From positions 99,572,001 to 99,636,000 of the forward strand of contig NC_043001.1 in assembly GCF_006345805.1 (NCBI RefSeq): a stretch of 64,000 bases of DNA, written 5' to 3'. Below are positions 13,871-26,703 of the stretch, piece by piece; position 1 is the stretch's first letter, and every line of letters begins with the position of its first letter. Below the pieces are notes generated by a model that did not search any database, had not been told where the DNA came from, and saw only the letters and a list, made by a program, of their open reading frames with translations. A program made the translations under genes and the position numbers. This DNA is from Octopus sinensis. Its lineage: Eukaryota.

Positions 13871-14665
13871 GCAGTTTGTGCAAAAAAAGCCAGCTGGCTT
13901 GAAATAATGCCACAAAATGGGATGGTCAGACAAGTTGTTTTGAGAAAATTTGGTTTAAATGTTTGACAACTCAGCACTGTCCATTGGACAGGGGGCGTTT
14001 TGCTTGTATATATATATATATATATACATACATACACATATATATATATATGTATATATATATATGTGTACGTATGTATGTATGTATTTATCTCAATAAT
14101 ACTAAAACTATAGGGATGTTTGTGTGTACCTGAAATATTTCAAAAACAGAATATTTTATCTTAATTTTTTTTTGCATATCTATTTTCATACTTAGCTTCG
14201 GCAGTGCAGTACAAATTTTTGTGATATTTGGAGCTCTATTTATTAATGAAAACAAGTAAACATAGTTTTTGTGTTTACTCATAATGTCAACACACATACA
14301 CACATACAGAATACACACATATAATGAATGTCATGGCGAGTCAATCAACACAAACACATGTCCACTATCTGTAATATATACACACACACAGTCTTCACAC
14401 TCTCTAAGAAAGGAAAAAATGTCGACTTTTTGATGTGTACAATATTCTAATAATTCAGAAATATTTTTAACTGAATGTGATTTCAAAAATGTTAGTTGTT
14501 TTGTACAGTAAGTATTTATATTTTAGCTTTCTTTAAAAAGACAATATTTTAATGTTTTTTTAATTATTTTAAAGTCATTAATTTCTGTAAAAAAATTTTA
14601 TTTATTTATTTTTGTTTTAAAGTGAAAGAAAGGAGAAAGTGAAAGATGTATGGGTATATCAAGTA

Positions 14666-14930
14666 GGCGCAGTAGTGGCTGTGTGGTAAGTAGCTTGCTT
14701 ACCACCCACATGGCTCCGGGTTCATTCCCTCTACATGTCACCTTGGGCAAGTGTCTTCTACTATAGCCTCAGGCCAACCAAAGCCTTGTGGGTGGATTTG
14801 GTAGACGGAAACTGAAAGAAGCCTGTTGTATATATGTTTATATATATGTATGTGTGTGTGTATATGTTTGTGTGTCTGTGTTTGTCCCCCCCAACATCGC
14901 TTGACAACCGATGGTGGTGTGTTTACGTCC
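14666..14930 (+). mobile_element. tRNA-derived CORE-like SINE
   Basis: A box tggctgtgtgg, B box ggttcattcc, CORE-like tcaccttgggcaagtg. Confidence 0.85.
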
Positions 14931-15110
14931 GTTAAAACATACCCTATATATATGTATGTATGTATTTATCTTAATAATACTAAAACTATAGTGATGTTTA
15001 TGTGTATCCAAAATATCTTAGAAATAGTATATTATATCTTATTTCTTTTTGCATATTTATTTTCATATATACCTTTGGCGGTGCAGTACAAATTTTTGTG
15101 TCATTTGTGT

Positions 15111-15142
<32 letters not shown>

Positions 15143-15199
15143 ACACATGTATGTATATATGTATATACTTCTTTTTCATACACACACGTAAAGACATAC

Positions 15200-15292
15200 G
15201 AGAGAATTTGTTTTGGATTCCAAATGAAAACTAAATCATTGAAAGTGGTTTCTTCTGTTTCTTGAAAGCTTAATCTTCACAAATTCAAATGC
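15200..15292 (-). pseudogene. 93-nt exon (W)HLNL*RLSFQETEETTFNDLVFIWNPKQIL(S)
   Basis: Acceptor ttttttctgcag, donor CTC|GTATGT, phase 2-2; single TGA compatible with CGA>TGA deamination. Confidence 0.6.
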
Positions 15293-16230
15293 CTGCAGAA
15301 AAAATTTTCTTCCAGTTCAAGGCTGCAATTATAATCCAGTATATGTATGTATGTATGTATGTATGTATGCATGTGTGTGTGTGTGCGTGCACATGTGCAC
15401 ATGTGCAAACATTTATGTGTGATCTCTATGCATATTTCTATTTAGTATTAAAAATACTCTGAACAAGGTGTTAGAGGTATATTTCTACAACTAACATCTT
15501 TGCCTGAGAAAGATTATACGGATGAAGTGAAGAAAAGAGAACAGTATGTGGTGGTGGGGAGTGAAAGGAGGGTGAATAGAAGGCTATGTTGACAGTCTTA
15601 TTCTTAACAAATTATTCTTTTTACAAAGTGCAAAAAATTCCTGGGAGTGATATTTGATTGCAGTTTCAGAAGTATTAAATGATTGAGAAAGAAACTTTCT
15701 CAACTAGTTTGGAAATAGGACACTATTCTATTCTATCACTGCTATATACTTCAGAATTATTTTATTTTATCTACTCTTTGAAACAGTAATTTTTGTTTAT
15801 AGTCAATAACTTACAAGTGTATGTTTTTTTACCTACTGATATGGAGGAATGGTCAATGCTCATGACCTTTGCAGTACCTTTGAAGACAGTGAGCTTGATG
15901 TTAATGTACTGTTTAAACAGTTACAAGTCAATACTTGCAGGAAAGGCATGAGCCAGGAGAAGCTTTGAGAGTGCCAAAGTTCTAGTTTTCTGGTGTCCTG
16001 GGTTGAAGAACTGGGCATAGTAGTTTATAGTAGGGCTGGGGTCAGAGTGGATGCATCAAGAGTAATTAGAGATGATGAGACAAGTGGAAGGAGGTACATA
16101 GTCAATGACTTATTGAGGGTGGAGGCTCTGCCAGGATATTTGTTTTTATGTGCTGATCAGGAGGAATGGTCATTCAAGGCCTTAGAGAACAGAGAGCTTG
16201 ATGTTAATATGCTGTTTAAACAGATGCTGA

Positions 16231-16555
16231 GTGAAGGCACATGGCTCAGTGGTTAGAGTGTCAGACTCACAATCATGAGGTAGGGAGTTCAAGGCTGTCT
16301 GATGTGTTCATGAGGAAGACACTATATTTTACATTGCTCCAATTTACTGAGCTGTATAAGTGAGTTGCAATGTCATTGGTGCCAAGCTGTGTCAGCCTTT
16401 GCCTTTCTCTTTGATAACATCAGTGGTGTGGAGAAAGGAGGCTGGTATATATGGGTGACTGCTGGTCTTCCATAAACAACCTTGCCTGAACTTGTACTTT
16501 GGAGGATAACTTTCTAGGTGCAACCCCATGGTCATTCATGACCAAAGAGAGTCTT
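16231..16555 (+). mobile_element. tRNA-derived SINE (second family)
   Basis: tggctcagtggttagag head, ttgctccaatttactgagctg domain, tail shared with 63040-63260. Confidence 0.8.
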
Positions 16556-17559
16556 TCCTTCTTCCAAAAAGTTGCAGATCAATATTTGCAGAAAAGACAT
16601 AAGCCAAGAGAAGATTACCACAAGTCAATGTTCTGATGTTCTGAAGTTGAAGAACTGACCATAGTGGTTTACATTAGGGGGTGGATACATCAAGGGTGAT
16701 GAGTGATGTTGAGACAAGTTGGTCAAAGTGACTGAATGGAGGAGGTACAAGATGAACCTTTTCCAAGGAACAGAGGTTGTTATGGTTGTGACAGAAAAGA
16801 CAGAGTGAGGAAACAGTATATCTGTGGTCCAGATATGGGATATGTCTGTTGGTAATTGGATGTAGTCTAAGATGACTGTGTGTGTATATGTAGCATCATA
16901 ACCCTCACTTAAGCCATGTGGAGTGCCAACAGCAATTGGTGGTTGAAATATTTTCTGGCCCTAAGTTGAAGAGATAGTCTTTGGAATATGGCTCTAGCTA
17001 TGTTAAGAATATGATTTTGCTAGAAGAGATCCAATATTTGGAGTAACCATGCTCATATTTAGTGGTTGGGGATGATATGAGTAAATCTTGAGTTCTTTTA
17101 TTTTTTTCTTTCTATGTAGTGAATCAAGAGGAGAACGATTTCCTTTTGATACACTTCATTGAAATAAATCTTTAACAATGGATTAAAAAGTATTTTGTAT
17201 CACAAATAACTCATAGGAAAATCTGGTGCCTATTCTCTTCAATTGGCTAAACTAATCCTTTTCTTTACAAAATCTGTAACCCAAAGAGGCCATAGGTATA
17301 CAGTGATAGATGCAACTTAATTTTGCCCCTCTTTTCTGGTTATTAGCCTGTTTGACCCCCTCCCCCATTACCACTTTTGATTCATTATGTATTTTAAGTT
17401 TGGATGCATCTTCAAATAGTATTTCAACATGCAGATAACCTATGGTATTTGCCTCCATTTCATGTATAGTTAGTTGTTGGCTTCCCTTTGAGAGACACTT
17501 CCTCATTTGACAGGTTTTTAAAAAATATTTAAAATTTTGTTGGACCCTCAACCTCTCAC

Positions 17560-17615
17560 CAGTAAATGGTTTGGGGCTGGTTTGAATTAAAGTGCAGCAA
17601 ATATGAAATTATGAC
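17560..17615 (-). CDS. Open 56-nt exon VIISYLLHFNSNQPQTIY(W)
   Basis: Acceptor ttttcttttgttgtcag, donor CTG|GTGAGA; only phase 0 is open; phase 2 out. Confidence 0.6.
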
Positions 17616-18504
17616 CTGACAACAAAAGAAAATTTATTGAATGGATAAAATCTCAAATGCCATTCAATCCAGTTGGAGGTAACTTACAGAGCCACAGTTA
17701 ACTGAGTCCGTAGGAGGATAATCCCTAGTATGAGGTTAACAGATGGTGGGTAGATGGATGTGTGGTTGGATGTATGGATGGATTTTATCTGTCTTTTCCT
17801 CAGAAGGATGACAGGCATCTTGGTGAAGCTAGAAAAAAAGCACAAGATATTTTATCTGAAGTCAGTAGAAATATTAAAAGTTTTAATTTCTAAGTTCAAA
17901 TTTGACTGGGGACAACTTAGTCTTTCAATAACAAACTTGATCTCAATAGTACTCATTTACTAAAGCCTTATCTTTTCAGTAATTCCTTTTCCATCACTTG
18001 TTAGAGAATGGCAGAGAATTGTTTAGTCCCAAGTTAGACCTGATAATAGATTAATAGATTATAGATGTCAGATTCATGATCATAGACGTTTCAGCCATTA
18101 CTTTGCCTTTTTTTTATGTATGGCAATTGAATTAGCAGAATTGATAGAGTATGAGAAAAAAACCTTGCAGTTTTTATGCCAGCACTCTCTGTACTCTGGT
18201 TCAAATCCTGCTTTGACATTCAACCTTTCAGAGGTTGATAAAATACAATACCAATTCAGGGCTGATTGCTGTGACTATTAGAATATCAGATGAGGTTCAA
18301 TGCAGTACTTGTTTCAGCTATTTGTGCTCTGAGTTCTTGGATTGTAGACTTAACCCACTGTTTGTTTAACACCATTATCTTGGATGTTACAAGCATTCAG
18401 GTTAGGATTCCAGTTTGAGAATAACTCCTTTTTTTCCCTCCCACCAATCTTAAAAATCCTGAAAAATAAAGAGTCAGGGACAACCTTTCCCTCCCTGACT
18501 AATG

Positions 18505-18750
18505 GTGGAGGCACATGGTCTAGTGGTTAGGGCATTGGACTTATGATCATAAGAGCGTGGTTTTGATTCTTGGATCAAGTAATGTGTTGTGTTCTTGAGC
18601 AAAACACTTCATTTCACATTGCGCCAATCCACTCAGTCGGCAAAAATGAATAATTCTGTGATGGACCAGGTTGGGAATTTATATGCTATGGAAACCAGAA
18701 AATTGGCCCTTATTAGTTGGCATGACTCGAGAAGGTAACTTTACCTTTTT
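18505..18750 (+). mobile_element. tRNA-derived SINE
   Basis: tggtctagtggttaggg head, tgttcttgagcaaaacact, ccactcagtcggcaaaaatg. Confidence 0.75.
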
Positions 18751-19949
18751 TCTCTCTTTGACTAATTGATTAAAAAGCAAAAAAAAAACAACAAAAGGGC
18801 CATCCTTTTAAGGATAAAAAAAATGGAAAATATATCCTGTCTTAAATTTCCAGAGACAATGCATCTAGAACTACATGATCCAAAGTGTTCATTCTTATTT
18901 ATGGTGGAAGGGTGTCTTTTGAAGGATATTTGGCTGTTATTTCTAACAGATTGAGCAACTATGAGGAGGATCCCTTGTAATTAGAGTAGCAAATTATTTT
19001 TATTGCTTATTCAGAAGGGAAGAGAATGGTCTGAAAAACATGAGGTCAGGAACAACCTTTCTATCCCTAAATAACTGGTAAAAAATACTGAAAAAGAGGA
19101 CCAGATTGAAGCATACAGTCAAGTTCAAATCTCACTAGGTTTGGCTTTGCTTATTATCCCTCTAAGGATGATAAAAAAGAAAAATTTCAAGGATCACACT
19201 AGCCAATGTCTTCTCCACTTTCAAAACAACCAAAATGTGATTTGATAAAGAGTGGTTGCTATTTTTAGCAGTTCAAGGAATCAAATAGAAGCTCTCTTAT
19301 TGGCTTATTCATAAGAGAGTAGAATTCAGATCCACTGACAAGAGTTTAAAATAATTGCTTTAAATGTTCAAGACCAGTAAGTCCCTACCAACATATGTTG
19401 TGACAGAATTAACAACAATATATGGTGCTAAAGTCTATAGTTCAATATACTTACTGACATTGTTGGATTTAAACATAACATAGATAATTGTTTAATGTAG
19501 TAGTGTAGTGTGTCAAATTGTGTGTGTGTGTGTATGATATGTATATGTATATATGTCTATATATATATCATATATATCATTATCTTCATCATCATCATTT
19601 TATGTCTGCTTTCCATGCTGACATGGGTTGAACAGTTTGACTAGAGCAGGCTAGGCAGAAGACTGCACCAGGCTTCAGTGTCTGTTTTGGCATGGTTTTT
19701 GTTTTACAGCTGGATGCCCTTCCTAACACCAACCACTCTGCAGAGTGGACTAATTGCTATTTACATGGCACCAGCCCAGGCGAGGTCAGTTTTGGCATGG
19801 TTTTTACAGATGGATGCCCTTCCAAACACTAGCACTCTGTCAAATATGTACACTTACATTACACAGTCCCTCGTGGTGCTCTGCTCTCTCTCATGTTGCA
19901 GACTCATGGCGCATGACACTCCTGCAGTGCCAAATGAAACCTTCACCAC

Positions 19950-20447
19950 ACTTAGTTGGTCTTCCTCGTCCATCTCAAGGTACAGTGCCAGTGTCCTTCC
20001 CTCCAGGTACAGGGCCATGAGACCCGCTACATCATCAATGCCTTGTAACCTGGCCACTACTTTGATCTTACAGATCCAGGCCACTTCATCTCTGTCACCA
20101 TAGAAAGGTCCAATGGCATCACTACTGATCCTTATGTTCACTGCCATCACGTGGAAGGAGATAACAATGGAGAAATATACTTTTACTCGATTGCCAAAAT
20201 AACATGTTGTGCAAAGGGAAAATAAGAAACAATTCACCTACCATCTCGTTGTTTTGCTGTGCAGCTGCACTCAATCCAAAATTCATGCCTAGCTTGTGCA
20301 CCTAACAATAGCAGCTGCTAGTGCCCGTCCCAATCAGCTTGCTCATCTCACAACTGCTCATTGTGAGAACCCAAAGTGAAACAGGTTGACCACTGGTCTT
20401 CCTTCTCTCACTCTTCCTGTTCCGGTCAAGCTATTTGACCATTGACA
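19950..20447 (-). mobile_element. Gypsy LTR (20205-20447) plus gag N-terminus
   Basis: TG...CA-bounded LTR followed by MAVN..FYGDRDEVAWICKIKVVARLQGIDDVAGLMALYLEGRTLALYLEM. Confidence 0.75.
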
Positions 20448-21170
20448 TCACAGCCATTTCCTTCCGGCTCATCTCATCCCCACACTTTCTCATGTCCTCT
20501 GCATCCAGGGCCCATGTCTCACTATCATGTAGAATTGTTGTCCATATACATGCATCATACAGTCTTCCTTTCACCTGGAGAGAGAAGCCTTTCATGGCCA
20601 ACAGAGGTAACAGTTTTTTTGAATATCCTCCATCCTATTTTTATTCTAGCTATCACACACTCCATGCAGCCTCTCCTACTACTTATTTGGTCCTCTTGGT
20701 AGCAGAAGTTATCTACTACCTCGAGTGAGCCACCAGGGCATTTGAGAGATCAATTTTCTGAGTCGTTAAAATTTTTATGGATCCTATGCATCTTCCATGT
20801 ATGAAAACCATCTTCTCTGATAACCTTCCTACTAATCCACTGCAGTTTTTGTGTGTCCATAGGTACTAGATACACTGTATAGAGTTGCTGCCTACACCTT
20901 TCTTACAAATCAAACAGGGCCACCTACCTGAGTGGGGTAGGGTCCTGTCAGTTTTCTTGCTTACTTGGAGCTTAGTCATTGCTATATTAACCTTAAAGTG
21001 CTTAGATTCTGGGTTTTGATTCCACACCTGGAATTTTTCATCTAGCTCTGATCTGGAATCAGCTATGAGGGCAAAATCGCCAGCATATAGTAGTTGCCAG
21101 GGACTGCCCGTCTTGAATCCCTCTGTTTTGACATGGAGGACAATGATGAAAAGGAGAGGACTGACAGAGT
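20448..21170 (-). mobile_element. Decayed RTE LINE fragment (RT C-terminus, finger)
   Basis: Homologous to 9240-9920. Confidence 0.8.
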
Positions 21171-21211
21171 GTCCAAGTTATTTTTCAAATTTTTCAAACA
21201 TAGTTTATACT

Positions 21212-21536
21212 TAAAGACTCCACCGGTTACAACGACAAGGGTCCCAGCTGATACGATCAACGGAACAGCTTGCTCGTGAAATTAACGTGCAAATGGCTGA
21301 GCATTCCACAGACATGTGTACCTTTAACGTAGTTCTCGGGGATAATCAGCGTGACACAGAGAGTGACAAGGCTGACCCTTTGAAATACAAGTACAACTCA
21401 TTTTTGCCAGCTGAGTGGACTGGAGCAACGTGAAATAAAGTGTCTTGCTCAAGGACACAAGGCGTCGCTGGGAATCGAACTCACAACCTTACGATCATGA
21501 GCCGAATGCCCTAACCACTAAGCCACGCGCCCTCAC
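21212..21536 (-). mobile_element. Full-length young tRNA-derived SINE with 11-bp TSD
   Basis: Intact A/B boxes (tggcttagtggt, gagttcgattcc); TSD tagtttatact at 21201-21211 and 21537-21547. Confidence 0.92.
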
Positions 21537-21645
21537 TAGTTTATACTAGGACTATGTTATCACAAGTGATCTTCACTTTTTTCGTAGATAGTAGAGCATG
21601 ATATTAGCGATATTTAGATTCTATTTTTAACAAATTGAGACTCAC

Positions 21646-21840
21646 CTGCCTAATTTTTTAAGGATCTACTTGTGGCCAGCAAAACTTTTAAAACAAATAG
21701 GTGCAGACAAGCAAGATGGGTTGGGTTAGGGCAATGTACTTCCTCATTTAGAAATGCCAACACCTAATTGATGTAAACACCATTCGTAAATTCAGGTCAT
21801 GTTAAATGGAAATTTGATTATGAACATTTGCATAAATATG
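21646..21840 (-). pseudogene. Exon SIFMQMFIIKFPFNMT*IYEWCLHQ.../VHCPNPTHL with stops and frameshift
   Basis: Acceptor ccttag at 21841-21842, donor CAG|GTGAGT at 21645; phase 2 in matches the previous exon. Confidence 0.5.
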
Positions 21841-22751
21841 CTAAGGCCACACACACAGACACAGTTGCCCTAAATGTAAGATTATATATATATATATATA
21901 GAATTACTTTTTGATAAAAAAAATAATAATAAAATATAACAATATAGCCTTTTCTTGCTTTCATCTATTTTTGTTATTTCATATATTTATTTAAATTTTG
22001 ATTATTGATCAGAAATGCTGTTACTTTTTTGATCAATAGTTTTTTCTTAGCAGCAGTTTCTGGTAAATTTCCATAAATTTTTGATGAATGTCCAACAATA
22101 GTATCAACATTTCAAATCCTAAGGCTTTTTAAATTCAACATATCTGTGCATCTACAGAAAGATTTGAAATCATGGCTCTCAGATTAAAAGTCAGATATTC
22201 TATTGACTACCTTATGTAGGTGGAGACCAAACCATAAATTTCAAGGAATCTGAGGAAACTGGTGAAGGCCTGTGTACACAATAACACTTAATCCAAAAGA
22301 GAGATTATAAACAATAATGGTTTAACTGCACAATTATGATCCCTGATTTTGTTTCCTCATAACTTTCTGAAAATTCTTTATCTTTTCTCTTTTACTATGG
22401 CCAAGTTGGGGCACTGCCTTGAATTTTTTGTGGAATGAATCAACATCAGTACTTTTTTAAAAGTCTGATAATGATTCTATTGGTCTCTTTTGCCAAACCA
22501 CTAAATTACAGGGATGTAAACACATCACCAGTTGTCAAGGGGTGTTGGGGATCAAACAGACCCCCCCCCATATATATATATATGTTGGTAAAAACGGTAA
22601 GATAACAAAAGAAAGAAAGAAACCTCAATATTATGTAAATAGAGGAAATTATATAGATTCATTTGTACACGTGTGTGAATATGTATGAGTGGGCAGTTTT
22701 AGATGTGTGCGTGTGTGCGGGCATAAGAATGCATATATATATATATATATC

Positions 22752-24674
22752 TTTCATCAAACATTCATCAGACATTTTCATCAAACATTTTCATCAAGTA
22801 TTTTCACCAAATATTTTTATCAGACATTTTAATCAAACATCTTCATTAGATATTTTAAACAGACATTTTCATCAAAGAGATTCTGAAAACAGACATTTTC
22901 ATCAAACATGTCCATCAAAAATTTACAGACATTTTCATGAAACATTTCCATCAAACATTTTCATGAGACATTTTCATGAACATTAGATATTTTTATCAAG
23001 AATTTTCATCAAACGTTTTCATCAAATATTTTCATCAAACATTTTCTTCAAACATTTTCAACAGACATTTTCATCAGACATTTTCATCAAACATTTAATC
23101 AGACATTTTCATCAGACATTTTAATCAAACATTTCATTAAACATTTTCATGAAACATTTTCCATCAGACATTTTCATGAAACATTTCAACAAACATTTTC
23201 ATCCGACATTTTCATCAAACATATTCATCAGACATTTTCATCAGACATATTCATCAGACATTTTCTTCAAACATTTTCACCAAACATTTTTATCAGACAC
23301 TTTCATCAAACATATTTCATCAAACATTTTCATCCAACATTTCAATAAAACATTTTCATCAGAACATTTCTCATTAGATATTTTCATCAGACATTTTCAT
23401 GAAACATTTCATCAAACGATTTCTGGAAACATTTTCATCAAACATTTTCATTAGATATTTTCTTCAAACATTTTTATCAAAGATTTTCAAGAAAAATTTT
23501 CATCAGACATTTTTACAAAATATTTTCATCAGACATTTTCATCATATAATTTCATGAAACAATTCATCAAATATTTTCATCAAACATTTTCATCAGAAGT
23601 TTTCTTCAAACATTTTCATCAGACATTTTCATCAAACATGTTCCTCAAACATTTTCATCAGACATTTAAAAAAATTTTTTTCATCAGACAATTTTACAAA
23701 ATATTTTCAGACATTTTCATCATATAATTTCAAACATTTTCATCAAACAATTTCATCAGACATTTTCATGAACATTTCTCAGATATTTTTATCAAGAATT
23801 TCCATCAGACATTTTCATGAAACATTTTCATGAAACATTTCATCAAACGTTTTCATCAAACATCTTCATCAGATATTTTCATCAAACATGTTCATCAGAC
23901 ATTTTAATCAAACATTATAATCAGACATGTTCATAAAACATTTTCATCACAATTTTTCATCAAATATTTTCATCAAACATTTTAATCAAACATTTTCATC
24001 AGACATTTCATCAAACGTTTTCATCAAACATCTTCATCAGATATTTTCATCAAACATGTTCATCAGACATTTTAATCAAACATTATAATCAGACATGTTC
24101 ATAAAACATTTTCATCACAATTTTTCATCAAATATTTTCATCAAACATTTTAATCAAACATTTTCATCAGACATTTTTCAAAACATTTTCATCAGACATG
24201 TTTATAAAATATTTTCATAAGACAGTCATTAAATATTTTCATGAAACATTTCATCAAACGTTTTCATCAAATAATTTCATCACACATTTTCATCCAACGT
24301 TTTCATCAGATAGTTTCAGACAATTTCATGAACATTTCTCATTAGATATTTTTATCAAGAATTTTCATCAGATATTTTCATGAAACATTTTCATGAATAA
24401 TTTAGTCAAACGATTTCATCAAACATTTTCAGGAAACATTTTCATCAGACATTTTCTTCAAATATTTCCATCAAACTTTTTCCTCAGACATTTTCATTAG
24501 ATATTTTCTTCAAACATTTTCATCAGACATTTTAACCAAACATTTTCATCAGACATTTTCATCAAACATTTTAATAAAACATTTTCATCAAACAATTTCA
24601 ACAGACATTTTCATGAACATTTCTCATTAGATATTTTTATCAAGAATTTTAATCAGACATTTTCATGAAACATT
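22752..24674 (+). repeat. 13-bp satellite (ACATTTTCATCAR)n
   Basis: ~1.9 kb tandem array; near-perfect 168-bp higher-order duplication starting at 23835 and 24003. Confidence 0.95.
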
Positions 24675-26703
24675 TAACCCTAACCCTAACCCTTACCGTA
24701 ACCCTAATTTTAACACTAACCCTAACCATAATCCAAACCCTAACCCTAACCACTAACCCTAAACCTAACCCTAACCCGAACCCTAACCCTAATTCTAACC
24801 CTAACCCGAAACCTAACAATAACCCTAACCCTAACCCTAACCGTAACCGAAACCCTAAACCTAACCCAAACCCTAACCGTAACCCTAACCCTAATTGTAA
24901 CCCTAAACCCTAACCCTCACCCTAAACCTAACCCTATACCTAACCCTAAACCAAACCCTAACCCTAACACTCACCTTAACCCTAACCCGAACCCTAACCC
25001 TAAACCTAACCCTAACTCTAACCCAACCCCTAATGCTAACACTAACCCTATCCATAACCCTAAACCTAACCCTAACCCCAACTGTAACCCTAACTCTAAA
25101 CCTAATTGTAACCTTAACCCTAACCTTAAATCTAACCGTAACCCTAAACCAAACCCTAACCCTAACCCTGACCCTAAACCTAACCCTGACCCTAAACCCT
25201 TACCCTAACGCTAACCCTATTCCTAACCCTAACCCTAGCCCTAAACCTACCCCTAACCCTACCCCTAAAGCCAGCCCTAGCCCTAGTTATAGCCGTAGCC
25301 CTAGATCTAGCCCTAACCCTAGTTCTAGCCCTATCCCTAACGCTAACCCTTCACCTAACCCTAACCATAACCCAATCCCAAACCCTAACCCTAACCCTAA
25401 ACCTCACCCTAAGCCTAACACTAACCCTAAACCTAATGCTAACCCTAACTCTAACCCTAGCCCTAAACCTACCCCTAAATCTAGCCCTAGCCCTAGTTCT
25501 AGCCCTATCCCTAACCCCAACCTCAACCCTAACCCTAACCCGAATCTTAACCGTAACCATAACCCTAAACGTAACCGTAACCCTAACCCTGACCCTAACC
25601 CTTACCCTAACCTTAACCCTACACCTAACCCTAACCATAAGCCAAACCCTAACCCTAACCCCAACCTTAACCCTAAACCTAACCGTCACCGGAATCCAAA
25701 CCCTAAACCTAAACCTAACCCTAGCGCTAACCCTAACCCAAGCCCTAAACCTACCCTAACCCTCACCTTAAAGCTAGCCCTAGCCCTAGTTCTAGCCCTA
25801 TCCCTAACCCTAACCATAACCATAATACTAACCCTAACCCAAACCCTAATCCTAACCCTACACCTAACCCAAACCCTAGCCCTAGCCCTAGCTCTAACCC
25901 TAATCCTAACACTAACCCTAACCTTAACCCTAACCCTAACCATAAGCCAAACCCTAACCCTAACCGGAATCCAAATCCTAACCCTAATGCTAACACTAAC
26001 CCTAGCCCTAAACCTACCCCTAAAGCTAGCCCTAGCCCTAGTTCTAGCCCTATCCCTAACCCTACACCTAACCCTAACTGTAACCATAATACTAACCCTA
26101 CACCTAACCCTAACCCAAACCCTAATCCTAACACTAACCCTAATCCTAACCATAACCCTAACCCTACCCCTAAACCTAGCCCTAACCCTAACCCTAACCC
26201 CAACCTTAACCCTAAACCTAATTGTATCCCTAACCCTAACCCTAACTCTAACCCAAACCTTAACCCTAACTGTAGCCATAACCCTAAACCAAACCCTAAC
26301 CCTAACCCTAAATCTAACTCTACCCCAACCCCTAACGCTAACCCTATCCATAACCCTAACCCTAACCTTAACCCTAACCCTAACCGTTACATTAACCCCA
26401 ACCCTAAACCTAACCCTAACCCAAAACCTAACCCTAACCTAAACCCTAACCCAATCCCTAATCCTAGCCCTAAACCTAACCCTAACCTATCCTGAAACCT
26501 AACCCTAACCCTATCCCTAAACCAAACCGTAGCCCTAAACCTAACCCTAAACCTAATCTAACCCTAACCTTAACACTAACCCTAGCCCTAACGCTAACAT
26601 TTAACCTAACCCCAACCCTAACCCTAAACCCAACCCAACCCTAACCCTTAACCCCAACCATAACCCCTAACCCCACCCTAACCCCTAACTCTAACTCTAG
26701 CCC
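24675..26703 (+). repeat. Degenerate telomeric array (CCCTAA)n, interstitial
   Basis: ~2 kb of CCCTAA with CCCTAG, CCTAAA, CCGTAA and CCATAA variants. Confidence 0.95.

Noticed and set aside
21460-21536. tRNA genes at SINE heads (also 14666, 16231, 18505)
   Set aside because: A/B boxes continue into SINE bodies, with a TSD at 21212-21536; no complete cloverleaf
21950-22366. Possible decayed exon (FPQIP*NLWFGLHL...NVDTIVGHSSK) after a ttttcag acceptor
   Set aside because: Several stops, no clear donor, no recognisable homology; compatible with chance
25033-26442. 469-aa LTLT/PNPN ORF and antisense VRVR/GLGL ORFs
   Set aside because: Direct translation of the hexameric telomeric repeat; no coding evidence
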